A stretch of 63,825 nt of DNA, counting the filler, from Welwitschia mirabilis (taxonomy: Eukaryota): assembly GCA_051453625.1 (NCBI GenBank). It is 6 parts of one record of this genome, joined end to end, with 100 filler letters (N's around TTAATTAATTAA, not from the genome) between each part and the next. Parts side by side here need not be neighbours in the genome. Positions count along the whole stretch, not along the records: positions 1 to 13,594 come from JBOZIK010000001.1; positions 13,695 to 20,530 come from JBOZIK010000001.1; positions 20,631 to 37,661 come from JBOZIK010000001.1; 3 more parts are not named here. One strand, 5' to 3'. The translations under genes were made by a program, and so were the position numbers. Positions within the stretch are counted from its first letter, which is position 1. Each line of letters opens with the position of its first letter. Of the stretch, positions 12,040 through 24,481 are shown one piece after another. The notes below the pieces were generated by a model. That model was not told the origin of the DNA, made no database searches, and saw only the letters and a program-made list of their open reading frames with translations.

Positions 12040-13594
12040 TTAGTTAGAGGATAGAGAAACAACCCCCACATTGGAAAGAAGTTTTAGAAAGCTGTCAAAG
12101 TTTAAGGGTTTTTATAAAAATATTAGCTAGTTATCTATCAATGCTTATAAAATTCATAGAAATGTTACCTTTTCCTAATTAATCTCTAAGAAAATGATGT
12201 CTCAGTTTAATATGTTTAGTTTAAGAATATTAAATAGGATTCTTTAAGATATTAATTACACTAGTATTGTCATAAAAGATTGGAACCTATTCAAAATATA
12301 CTGTAAAGTCTTCGAGAATCTCCTTCATCCATATAAGATGGGTACAACAACTCCCTACTACTATATATTCTGCTTTTCCTATGGAAAGGAAGATAGAGTT
12401 TTGCTTCTTACTTGTCCATTCTACCAAGCATGATCCTAAAAGAAAATAGTTTTTACTAGTGCTTATTCTATCATCTTTACAACCAATCCAGTCTTCAAGG
12501 AGGTTTCTGTAGGGTACCATAGGCTATAGTCACTGGTTCCTTTAATATATCTTATGATTATTTTAATAGCTTAAAGTTGTGATTTCTTTAATTGAATCTG
12601 ATATCTAGCATAAATGGTAAAAGTGAATATTATATCAGGTCTATTTGTAGGTGAATACAATAAACTTCCTATTATGGTTTGATAAAGGTTTTGATCCATA
12701 GAATTTTCATGTTCATCAAGACTGATATTGCATGAATTTGGTATAGGTGTTTCAGTTTATTTTGCATTTTCTAGTTCAAATTATTTGATCAAGTTCCTTG
12801 AGCATTTGGATTTAGATATAAAAATTCCATGTTTTATTTGTTTAATTTAAAGATCAAGAAACATGCGAACTTCACTAAGCATACTCATTTCAAAATGTGT
12901 TGTTATAATAATTATGAATTCTTTTGAAATAAGTTCATTTGAGGCTTCAAAAATTATGTCATCTATATAGATTTGAATGATGATAAAGTCTTTCTTAATA
13001 TTTTTGACAAATAAAGTTTTATCCACAACTTTATGAGTGTATTCATTTTCATTAATAAATGTATATAGTTTTTCGTACCAAGCACTTGGAGCCTATTTTA
13101 ATTCATACAAAGCCTTTTTGAGTATAAACACATGGTTTGATTTGTATGGATCTATGAAATATTAGGTTATTTTACATAAACTACTTTATTGAGAGTTTCA
13201 TTTAGAAAGGTACTTTTCACATTAATTTGAAAAACTTTAATGTTCTTAAAGGCTACATATGAGAGAAACATTCTAATATTATCTAGTCTAGCCATTAGAG
13301 AAAATGTATCTCCTACATCTATTCCTTTAATCTGATTTTATTCTGGGGCCACTAATCTTGCCTTATTCTTAGTCACATTATTTTGTTCATCATACTTATT
13401 CTTAAAGATCCATTTTACTCCAATTACATTTCTATTTTTTGGTCTTTCTATGAGTTTTCAAACATCATTTCTTTTAAATTTTTGAAGCTCATCTTGTATA
13501 ACAATCATCCTTTCTTTGAGAGATTTTACCTCTTCAGACTTTTAAGTTTAATTTGAGAGACATAATAAATGTGGGCACAGGAATTTTTAAGAGA
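12040..13594 (-). pseudogene. pol: Copia reverse transcriptase and RNase H, decayed
   Basis: Minus-strand motifs: KWIFKNKYDE..NVTKNKARLVA, HVFILKKALYELK.APSAWYEKL, FIIIQIYIDDIIF, FEMSMLSE..FL.L, DDRISTS..FLLGSCLVEWTSKKQNSI.LS..AEYI, TKHIKLRHHFLRD and QLANIF.K. Confidence 0.93.
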
Positions 13595-13694
13595 NNNNNN
13601 NNNNNNNNNNNNNNNNNNNNNNNNNNNNNNNNNNNNNNTTAATTAATTAANNNNNNNNNNNNNNNNNNNNNNNNNNNNNNNNNNNNNNNNNNNN
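13595..13694. other. Synthetic assembly spacer (44 N + TTAATTAATTAA + 44 N); also at 20531-20630, 37662-37761, 59845-59944 and 62338-62437
   Basis: An identical 100-bp construct occurs five times. The palindromic 12-mer places TAA stops in all six frames. Confidence 0.95.
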
Positions 13695-13922
13695 CACTGA
13701 TGGTTATAATTCCTTTAATTTTTGCTTTTCCGTTGTCATCAAATGTTACTTCCCCTTCATTAAGGTTATTCAAATGTTAGAATCTTAATTTGTCACCTAT
13801 CATGTGTTGAGAACAACCACTATTCAAGTGCCAGCAAGTTCCATTTGATACTTTAAAAGTTGTTTGGATCAATAAACTTTTCAAATTGTCAACCCTTACC
13901 TACTTAGTCCATTTGAACTATT
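13695..13922 (-). pseudogene. pol: Copia aspartic protease region
   Basis: Minus strand at about 13790-13833 reads WHLNSGCSQHMIGDK, against copia WYLDSGCSRHMTGD. Confidence 0.88.
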
Positions 13923-13975
13923 NNNNNNNNNNNNNNNNNNNNNNNNNNNNNNNNNNNNNNNNNNNNNNNNNNNNN

Positions 13976-15095
13976 GAAGAGAGCATTAACTTTTTAGCAT
14001 TACAAAATAATTTTGAATGACTCATCTTTTCACAAAAATGATACATAATTTTTGACATAGAGTTATTTTGCCATGTTATCGGATTCAACTAATTGTGTGA
14101 TTTTTGGGAGATTAAGGCAATACCCTTTTTATCATTGACTGTTTTTTGTATTTCAAGAATCTGCTTCAATTTACTTAAACTATTTGAAAATTTATTTACA
14201 AAGTGAGACAAGCCTTTTACCTCTTGATTTAGCTTAGAGTTTTGTGTTTGAACCATCTTGTACTTTTTCTCTAACTATTTCTTTTCCTTGTTTAGACCCT
14301 TTACTATCTTATTTAGTTTGTTAATTGTTTTTCCAATTTTTTACATTCTAAATAGAGTTCTTAACAAGNNNNNNNNNNNNNNNNNNNNNNNNNNNNNNNN
14401 NNNNNNNNNNNNNNNNNNNNNNNNNNNNNNNNNNNNNNNNNNNNNNNNNNNNNNNNNNNNNNNNNNNNNNNNNNNNNNNNNNNNNNNNNNNNNNNNNNNN
14501 NNNNNNNNNNNNNNNNNNNNNNNNNNNNNNNNNNNNNNNNNNNNNNNNNNNNNNNNNNNNNNNNNNNNNNNNNNNNNNNNNNNNNNNNNNNNNNNNNNNN
14601 NNNNNNNNNNNNNNNNNNNNNNNNNNNNNNNNNNNNNNNNNNNNNNNNNNNNNNNNNNNNNNNNNNNNNNNNNNNNNNNNNNNNNNNNNNNNNNNNNNNN
14701 NNNNNNNNNNNNNNNNNNNNNNNNNNNNNNNNNNNNNNNNNNNNNNNNNNNNNNNNNNNNNNNNNNNNNNNNNNNNNNNNNNNNNNNNNNNNNNNNNNNN
14801 NNNNNNNNNNNNNNNNNNNNNNNNNNNNNNNNNNNNNNNNNNNNNNNNNNNNNNNNNNNNNNNNNNNNNNNNNNNNNNNNNNNNNNNNNNNNNNNNNNNN
14901 NNNNNNNNNNNNNNNNNNNNNNNNNNNNNNNNNNNNNNNNNNNNNNNNNNNNNNNNNNNNNNNNNNNNNNNNNNNNNNNNNNNNNNNNNNNNNNNNNNNN
15001 NNNNNNNNNNNNNGACATAGATCATCTGGTTCTATTGAGTAAGACATGTTCCTTATGGGAGGGACTATTGCCATGAAAGAAAGTCTTTTATCTTC
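13976..15095 (-). pseudogene. gag: C-terminal part of the SIRE extended gag (coiled coil and knuckle-like), spanning gap 14369-15013
   Basis: 15014-15095 reads EDKRLSFMAIV..., cf. the CFMA motif after the gag knuckle. 13976-14368 has a K/E/L-rich tract, a KQILEIQK...DK.G-like motif and a degenerate ..HFCEKMSHSK..C. Confidence 0.65.
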
Positions 15096-16627
15096 CACTA
15101 CAAGAAATCTAATCTTTTGAGACATTTATTTTATTGAACACCTTTTGTTTGAGGTGTTTATTTTAATAAATTCCTTAAAAACAAAATAAAGTAACTTTTT
15201 AAGGCATTAGTTTAGATAAGCACCTTGAAACCATTATTTTAAATCTTTTTAAGTCGGTGGTTTAAATAAGCATCTTTAAATCCATTATTTTAAGGCATTC
15301 ATTATAAAACACCTTAAAAATAAGGCATGTTTTTAAGCCATTTAAAAAACAAATGCCTTAAATCCTACATAAAAACGAAATAAAAATCTTCAGCATGTGT
15401 TTGTTAAAACACGAAACCAAATTCTTTCACACAAGTCCTACTTGCCACTCATTGCTTGCTTACCATTTACTCACACGATACTCAGCTCACTTCTTGCTCC
15501 TTGCTTGCTTAGGTAAAAGACATACATGAGGAGGAAAACCTGATTAAGCATGATACTCACTTGCTTGCCATTTTTTTACATGATACTTGCTACTTGCTAC
15601 ATCAATCTTAGCAAGCATAAGGTTTTGGAAGAAGATATTTAGGCTTGTGTAGAGCACTACAACAAGAGTAAACTTGTTCATTCCATTATGTAGCACGTTA
15701 TTGAGATCATGAATATTGATCTAGAGGTTAGACTAAGGATCCTATTAAAAACCCAAACTTTTGAGTGTGAAAATTCCTTAGATGTTCTTACTTAGAATTT
15801 AAATCATAGCTTATGGTCGTGTGCATTTGTTTTTTACTTGGGTATGATGTCAATTTGTATTTGAAATTATTTTGAATTGGATACATAATATGGATAATCA
15901 CTTATCTATCTTGTTATTTTCAAGTCACATGAAAAAAATAATTTTTGTATTCTCCACAAAATCTTGGTTTGCAACTTAAAACTTTAGAGAATTTCAATCT
16001 TTTACAAGAAAAATATCAAATAAGTTAAATAATTCTTATATTTAATCAAAGTTTTTATCTTAAATATGTTTTTTTTTTTCATATCACATTGTTTCAGACA
16101 TTAAACTTTTAAGAAATTACATTTAATGGCTTTTGTTCATAGTTCACAAATCTTAAACTATGAAGAGAGAAGCAAGTACTTATATTTTAAGCATGGAACC
16201 TTCAATATCAAAAAGGTAATATTGTCCTTGCATTTTTTTTTTTAATCTTGTGTAGTTTTCTTAGATGTACCCAAAATACTTTATTTACAAATATATTTTT
16301 TGTTAAAAATATTACAATTTGATGTTACCATGTCTTAGCTTTTCAAATTGTTCACCCATCATACAGAAATTAAATGACAAAACGTGGAAGTATATAAGCA
16401 AACATGAAATATTTACTCTAGAGAAGTGGCTATGTAAAGGTGCAGTCATGCAAAAGGGCCTTCGAAACCTTATGTAATGCCTTTAGAGTCTCTTTCACTT
16501 AGAGTGCATTATTACTATTTTTAGTATTTTTGGAAGGCTCTTTTTTTAACTAATAAATTTTGGATTTCAACTTTAATTCCTAATTATCTATTAAGTATTC
16601 CTTTTTCTTATTAAAAAGAGCTTGAAT

Positions 16628-17167
16628 AAAAAGAATTTATTATCTTCATCAATTGTATAACATAGTTGAATTTTCTTAGTAGAGATTATGGGGCTTATCA
16701 ATGACGTTGAAATTTTGTTAAGTAACCAAATTAGTTAGGGATGGCTAGAAACAATAATAGAGAGGAATCTAAGAATGATTCTTATTCTAACTTAATAGCA
16801 AAATTGAACAATAAATGTCAAACAAATTAAAGATAGAGTGAGATTTACAAAATAACCAAGATGCCTTAGTTGTGTCAAATTTCTAGTTATCCTTTTATTA
16901 ATAAGGATTTCATTAAAAAGAATTTATTTCTTCATTAATTGTATTATGCATTTGGGTTCTATTACTAAGATTATGGGGTTGCCAATGACATTGAAATTTT
17001 GCTAACCAACCAAATTAGATAGGATTTGATAGAAGACAATAACAGAGAGAAATTTAAGAATAAGTACCCTTGTAAAGCAATAAAAGACTTGAACACTATA
17101 AGTAAATCAAATAAAAAATGAATGGAGCTCTGTGAAATAACAAAGATGCCCTACTTGAGGCAAATTT
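16628..17167 (+). repeat. Diverged tandem duplication, two units of about 287 bp, inside the CACTA element
   Basis: aaaagaatttatt..cttcat..aattgtat..gattatgggg..caatgac.ttgaaattttg..aaccaaattag..aagatgcc..caaattt occurs at about 16628-16882 and about 16915-17167. Confidence 0.8.
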
Positions 17168-18739
17168 ATAATGTAGAGCACATCTAAAAAAACTAGAAAG
17201 CAGAGACATCTGGGAATTGCTTTTTTGAATTATGTTAAAAAATTTGAGAATTAATTATAAAAAACAATACGATGAAAGCTTTTGATTTTACTTTGACAAG
17301 TCAAGGAACCACTTTTCAAAGCTTCTTTATAAATAATACCTTTTTCTAAGGAAATTTTATACACACTTTGTTACAATTGATATTCTTTTATCATTCCCTT
17401 TACATTGTACATCATTATAGATGCAATCATCACATATCTTTCTCAGGCATGCTAATAAGAATGGGAATATTTGAAATAGAGGAGAAGAAAAACTAAATAC
17501 TAAGTCTTTTTTGTTACTTACACCTTCAAGTTTATGTGTCCACTCCTCTATACTACCTGTTGGATAAGGCATAAAGGTAAATATTAAACTAGATTTCACA
17601 GTGTGAAAGTACTGAAGGGACATGATGTAACTTTGATATTATGAGATCTACTCAAAGAAATAAACTTTAAAGTACATACTTACATATCCAAGAGAACCTT
17701 GCAGAAGAGGTAAGGGAATTATTAACCTCTATTTAAAAATTGGGCTAGTGATAAAGTAGACCTTAATCCAATGAGTATATTTACTTAATTTTAGTCCTAT
17801 TCTAAGCACAAACACTTGTTTCTTCATTTTTATTTACAAAGAAAAAAATATTTTATCTAGTTTCTGATAGGTATGTTTGTCTACATCTAGGTATTTAAGC
17901 ATCTGTACATGTTTACTTAGTTTTTCTCTTCTTTCTATGTGCTTGCATTTTCCCCCTTCTTTTAAGGAGTAAAAAAGGTTCTATGATGGCTATAACATTG
18001 CTAATAAAAGAAATGTCAACTCTTCAAAATGGTGGTTATGTTAGATGCAAAATAGTCTTGCTTTCAATTTTTCCTCTTAGCTTCTAGGCAACTACCTTTT
18101 TGCTTGAAGTTTCTCAAGAAGTAGAAGGTTGTGGTCATACATTAATATCTTGATTACCACTCATGTGTTAATATCTCAATTGCCTATCATGTACTACTTA
18201 TCACTGTTTTGCAATTATCTTTATCTGTTTTCAATATGTGTTATTGCAAGTTGCAACTAATATCTCACATATTTTATCTTATTGCATGAAACCATGATTT
18301 TATGCCAAATCTAGGAAATGTAATGTCAATTTTCTTTATAGATATTAATGAGTGATGAAGTATTGGGTAAGGTACTGCACTATGCAATCATCATGTAACA
18401 ACTATGTGCCGCTTTGATGATCCCCAATTTATAATAAATCTTGATAGACGATTATTACTTTTATTTGTTATGATATGTTGTATTCATGATGTATAAGTGT
18501 GATCTAATATTTAATTTTTATAATTTATGAATGCATTTAAGAACACTACATGACATGAAAATTACATGGATAATTAATTTTTCCCTTTTCTTTTTGTAAT
18601 AAAAGGTTGTAATATGTATTTAAAACTAAATAAAATAGAAATATGTCTACTGCTAATCAAACAAGAATGGAGGATTGGAGTTCCCAAGCTTAGACATAAT
18701 ACTTGCTTGTGCTCACAATAAAAAAGAAACTTCAACAAC

Positions 18740-20520
18740 TTGAAAAAAAAAAAGGCCTAGCCATAAGACAAAATAAGAAAGATAGGAGCAAGACGAGAAA
18801 TTATCTAGCCTAATAGAGAAACAAAAAAATTATCAAAAATACAAAAACCAAAAGACACTATAGAAAGTATCCTAAACATGGAGAGGAACCTACTAGTTCA
18901 AATCCATCTCTCATATTGTCTTATGAGCCTCTTCTTGTATGTGCAGTGGTAAAAAACTTTCCTTTTTGTATTGTGAAAAACATATTTTCTATAATTTACA
19001 TTGACTTTTTTTGCTAAGAACTCTTAAGTCCTATGGCTATTCTTATTTGGATGACAAAGTAGCATCAGATTCCTATGGTCCTTAATATTTTGGTCTTAGG
19101 TTGCTTATAGTTTTAGCCTTAAGACATCATAGTGGTCATTCCACTCCTTGAATAAGTAAATTTCATCCTCGTGCACTTTCTTCTTTGATTGCTTCTGTTT
19201 CTTAAAGCTAGAATGCTTATCCCCTAGGCAGGATGAAGGCCCTTCTTCACTTGCTTCTACTTTTTATTTCTTTTCAAAAGAGTTTGTCATCTTGAAACTC
19301 CATTCCTGATTACAATGTAGTAGCCTCTTCTTTATTTTTCTTTCCTTTCATTTCTCTTTGTCATTACTTACTAATATGATCTTAGGGTTAATCTTATTTG
19401 TTGCTTGAGTTGGCTGCTTTGGATGTTGTGGTTGTAATTGTGACTGTTCCTCATGCTTCATGTGTTCTATATGATTTGAGGATCCCTTATAGGCATGATG
19501 CTTAGGAGTCACTGCCTGACTGCCTCCTCCACTACTTGATCCTCTGCATCTCCCTTGGGACTAGCTTCATGTCCATTGCTTGAGTCCTTTACTTTTTGGC
19601 CTTGGCTTTGAATCCTTCTAATTCCATTTTGCTTATGAACATTGTCCAAAGGAATTTCCCTCTGTCACTCTTGTAGCATAACGCTCTCCCAGTGCACTAA
19701 TGTTAAGGTTGATACTGGGGCTGGGGTTCCTACTCTTCCCTCTCATTTAGCCTCCTAATCTCATTGCCTTGAGCATCTTTCACCTAAATAAAATGTAAAA
19801 GTCTTTTAATCAATTTGGAGTGCTTTCCATCAATCTTTTATTTGAGATTTTTGGCAAAGAAAAGTGGTAAGTTAACTCTTCTACACTCTTTAAGGATCAA
19901 GTGAAAGTTGAAGTGGAGTCCTCTTAGCTTCGAGTGGTTTCCATTTTGGATCAAATACCTATTATGAATTTGGATACCAAAACTCATGAGTACCTTAAGG
20001 CTACTTTCTTTATATGTCCCTTCCAGTTTGGGGGACCCTCCCCTCAAAGAAATTGTCTGCATTATAATCCTTAAAATTCAACAACACCATTTCCCTTTTC
20101 TTCTTAGACCTGTATCTTTTACTATACATTGTTCTATTACATTTTGCTGCCTTCTGTTGTAGATAAAATTTCCATTTTTAAGCACTATTGACATTCACCT
20201 CCCCTTTCAACTTCAGGAGGGATTTTGAAGTAACAACCACTATTCTTTGTCAAAGTTCTACATTGTTGCTATGATTCGACTCATCTGTTGGTTCAAATTG
20301 AGTTTGTCTTCTCATCTTTTCTAATGCTAACAAATTACTTATCTTTCTTCTTATTTTCATAGTGATATATTCTATGATCTATTTTATTCTTATGAACATA
20401 AACACCAAGTTACTGTGGGCTATCCAAATGTGCCAGATCACTGCTTCATGAAATTTGCTTCCTATAGCTAGGATTGTTCTATAGTTTACTCCTTTGCTAA
20501 AGTCCCTCCAAATCATGGCT
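18740..20520 (-). pseudogene. Probable LINE 3' fragment with plant RNase H-like (RVT_3) relic
   Basis: Minus strand AVIWHIWIAHSNLVF (about 20400-20445; cf. IW.IW.ARN.LVF) is followed downstream by EAIKEESARG*NLLIQGVE (about 19140-19195; cf. EA.REAL...G...LIVESD). Weak motif match. Confidence 0.4.
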
Positions 20521-22894
20521 ACGACATGGCNNNNNNNNNNNNNNNNNNNNNNNNNNNNNNNNNNNNNNNNNNNNTTAATTAATTAANNNNNNNNNNNNNN
20601 NNNNNNNNNNNNNNNNNNNNNNNNNNNNNNGAAATTGCATGTAAGGAGATTATAATCCTTGGTAATTAAACATAGAATCCCTTTGTTTCAAGCAATGTTG
20701 ACTAAAGATGTTTATGTGGTAATGGAAAAATGACTTAAAGTCATGATGGGCTTACTATAGCTTTCTCTAATTGTTAATTAATGGTCTATATGGAAGAATG
20801 ACTAAAGATGTTATTACAGCTACTTTTAACTCTGTTGGGCTTTCATATGGTGCATATTCAAACTTATGCCTAAATTAACTGGTACCTAAAGCACTCTTCA
20901 ATCTTGATTTGTTACATCTTGGAAATGAACCTTTGCAATGTATATTTCATATAGAATACAATTTATTCTTATTTCTTGTAGGTAAGGCATGGGACGGCTA
21001 AGCAGAAACCAAAGTACTTACCAAAGATTTTTTTATTAACTTAAGCAATTATATTTTTAGATTGTTTCTCTTCTAGAAAGATTTATCTGAAGTACATTTT
21101 GAGTATTCTTGGGAATAGTCTCACAAATGCAAGACCAATACTCATTCAAACTTTCCTTCTTTGGTGTGATTGTCAGAAGTTCATATTTACTTCTTCAAGT
21201 TCTGTAGACCAATAGGGAATACTGGTATTAGTACATAATGGCTAGTATTACTAAAAAGCTTTTTTCCCCTAAAGATATAGCAAATAAGTAAAGTTACTCT
21301 CTTAATAATTGATAATATACCTTACAAAATTATCTTGAATGTCTCCAATAGTTCTCCAAGTATTAGCAATCTTGGGTGTCCACATCGTAGGATTTTGATC
21401 ACCCTTGTAATATCAAACTTAAGTCTCTTAGTCTCTTTTGACCCAAATACAAACTTCTTATTTTAAAATCTTATCCTATTTTTTAGTAATATTTTTGCAT
21501 ATTACCATTCACACATGGAAAAGTACGATCTTCTTTCTATAGAGCTTTGCTTATTTTAGGGTATCTACATTTGTTCTAATGCATGATCAGTGCATGTTTT
21601 GCAATGTTAAAATTTCCATTCTTTATTGACATTAGAGGGATTTACCTTTGTTGTGGCATTAGTCTAGTGTTATAGCAATTATCATACTTCAAATAGTTAA
21701 TTCCCTACTCTAATCACATTAATTATGTTAGTAAGTACAATGGATTTTACAACATTTTCAAGTTTACAAATGTATTAATTGACTTCATATAGATATAGCA
21801 TGTTAGAGATCTTGTCTCGTCTTAACAAAGCTTATGTTCATAGTAAGATTTCCATCACCAGAGAAAATATGATAAAAAATGTGTGTAGCATACTAAGCAA
21901 TGTAAGATACTATTAGGATGATATGCAACGTTGAGATGAAATAATTTAGTAATATTCTACTGTCTATGAGCCTTCACAAATTTGGTTCCCAACTCTGAGC
22001 TTGTCAGGAAAATAAGACACAAGATTTTTATTATAGAGTGTCTTGTTGATTTTATATAGGAAGAAAAAAAAAGATAAGTTTTCTTATGCAACTTCAAAAT
22101 CTTACCGCTAATAGAACTAATGTATTTGGTATTCGATGATTTTATAGCATGTAGCTTAGCCAGTTTTAATATATATGGATTTTTAAGTAAGCTTGGAGAG
22201 AAAATGAAAAAGATATATGATGTTGATATTATGTCTAATATCTTAATGTTCTTATCTAATGAAAGTTTAGTGCACATCCACCTGGTTGGTTTAACCACTT
22301 GGTTGCATGGGATTCCTTCCCCTAATTTGCCAGAAGGATGCCAAAGTCTGAAAACTAAAAAATTTTTATCACCAAAAATATGTCAAGTGTTCAGGTGGCC
22401 AACATTATAGCTAAATGAGAGAACTTATGGTTGAGAATGGATAAATTTCCTATGATTAGGGAATATTAAACATTTATTTACTTCTAACTGTAGGCTTGTT
22501 GGAGTCAGCACTGATTCTTATGAATAGAAAAATCATAAAGACCAGTAACGAACTACTATGTTTAATTATTTTTTGTTATGTACTGCAAGTCATTATTGGT
22601 TATTTTTGTATTGTATTTATTTTCTATTATGTATTGTCATCATTATTAGTTATTTTTGTATTATACTTGTTGTCTTAACCGGCAACAACTATATGTTATA
22701 TTTGGAATTTATAATACAGTATTTAAATGAGGATAAATATAGTTGTAAAATAGGGTAGTTGTCCTATTTATTCTAAACAAATTAGCATTAGAACAAGGCT
22801 AGGGATTGTTGGGTTAAGGATTACAATGGAGAAAGATTATCCTTAACAAGGTTGGTTTCTCAATATCCTAATCGAGAAACAAGCCCTGACACAA

Positions 22895-23380
22895 ATGGTT
22901 GGAGAAACAAGTTTCTCTTTCTTCCAAAGGCTCAATCACTTAAACTATGATTTATGGAAGACTTTCATGAAGTCTTGCCTAGAGGGGCATGACTTATGGG
23001 AGGTAATCCATGGAAGTGAGAAGATAGCATCAATAGATAACAATCTAAGGGTAAAATGGGCCACCAAACTAGGAATATCTATGTTTGTCCTTAAGCAAAC
23101 TATTGAAGATGATCTACCAATACAAATTGCAGACTTAGAAACACCTAGTAAGGCTTGGATAGCATTGGAATAGCTATTTTCGAACAAGAGGCCCTATTTT
23201 CTAAAAGATCAAAAGTGAAGTGGCAAAGAAAATCCAATCTTAAGAAAGAAAAGGATTCAATAAGATATAAGAATGAACCTACTAAATTCAAGGGCCACCA
23301 GAAAGGAAAATAAAAGAAGGGGAGGGCCTACTATAACACTAGGATACCAAAGCACTCTTCATGTGATTGTAGAGCCAAAA
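22895..23380 (+). pseudogene. gag: Fragment of a different Ty1/copia gag inside the CACTA element
   Basis: ORF 22895-23173 reads RLNHLNYDLWKTFMKSCLEGHDLWEVIHG...DLETPSKAWIALE (DUF4219/UBN2-type pattern). A degenerate zinc knuckle YYNTRIPKHSSCDCR follows at about 23330-23373. Confidence 0.85.
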
Positions 23381-24391
23381 TAATTGTGGTTGAAGCAAAT
23401 GTGAATAGCTATATATAGCTATTTTTATGAAGTTTAATTGTAGTTAGGGAAGCGCCTGAGAATTGCCTATGAAAAGAAGTATCAACTTCTTAAGAAGTGG
23501 GTATTCAATGGGGAGGATCCCCATGTATTAGATAAAACAAAGGTCATCATATCATTTAAAATTTACATACACAAATCAAGATTTCTATCCAAGTAGTGGA
23601 ATCAATTTCAAAGAAAATTCAAAATCTAAGAGATGATGAATTGCAACTACAACTGTAGGAACTAATTGTGGGGTATGTTTCTATCCAAGCATGTATTAGC
23701 CATTTAGACTTACAAATGCTTGAAGTAGTTTCATGAGGATGATGAGTAATGTATTAAAAGAATTTCTTTTCCAAATTATTTTGTTTTGCTATTTTAGAAT
23801 ATGAGTACATTTGAAACTAGAGTTTGGCTTCTTATATTTATTTTTTTCCCCACAAGAAAGGATTTTATGATGTTTATTTGAAAACATTTCAAAAGGCTGA
23901 TAAAATGCCTTAAAAGGATTTTTGAGGCATTTTTTGCAAGGGATGCCTTGAAAGAATTTTAAGACATTTATTTGATAAAATGCCTCAAAAGCCTTTTAAC
24001 TACCTCAAAAGCCTTTTGAGGTGTTTTAATAAAAATGCCTTAGAAATTCCTTAAAATCATCTAGGCTTTTAAGGTGCTATTTTTTAAAGAGTTTTATGAA
24101 GAAATGCCTTAAAATCTTACTTATCTTTCTTGTTCTACAAAAATAAATCACTCATTTGATGTGAACCATTTTTTAACATTAACCATTTTAAAAACATGCT
24201 CATCAACAGTGAAACTTTCTTACCTATACCATTAAACTAGTCACATTAAAAACGAATTATGTCATAGAGAAAGATGTGAAGTAGCACATTATGATAGTGT
24301 AACTAACTTAAATTTGAATTTTATCTTTTTTTACTAAACATGAAAAGTACTATATCTGACATAAAGAGCTCACTATGCTAGTTGTTATGTA

Positions 24392-24481
24392 TTCCCTCTC
24401 TCTCCCTTCCTCCCTTCCTCCCTCCCTTTCTCTCTCTCTCATGCACCCACACATGCATGTGCATGTATGTACATATACATG
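24392..24481. repeat. Compound microsatellite (CT/CCTT-rich, then CATG/TA-rich)
   Basis: ctctctctcccttcctcccttcctccctccctttctctctctctc followed by atgcacccacacatgcatgtgcatgtatgtacatatacatg. Confidence 0.85.

Larger units (their letters stand above)
15096..24132. mobile_element. Non-autonomous CACTA (En/Spm) DNA transposon nested in the SIRE gag
   Basis: Left TIR cactacaagaaa at 15096. Dense direct and inverted subterminal motifs ttttaaggcattt/aaatgccttaaaa occur at 15115-15365 and again at 23880-24115. A partial right TIR tttcttg lies at 24126-24132. No transposase was recognised. Confidence 0.8.

Noticed and set aside
17595..17775. Lipoxygenase-like YPR..CRRG or hAT-like RNKL peptides
   Set aside because: Only 4-5 residue resemblances, in different frames and with stops. 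Insufficient support.
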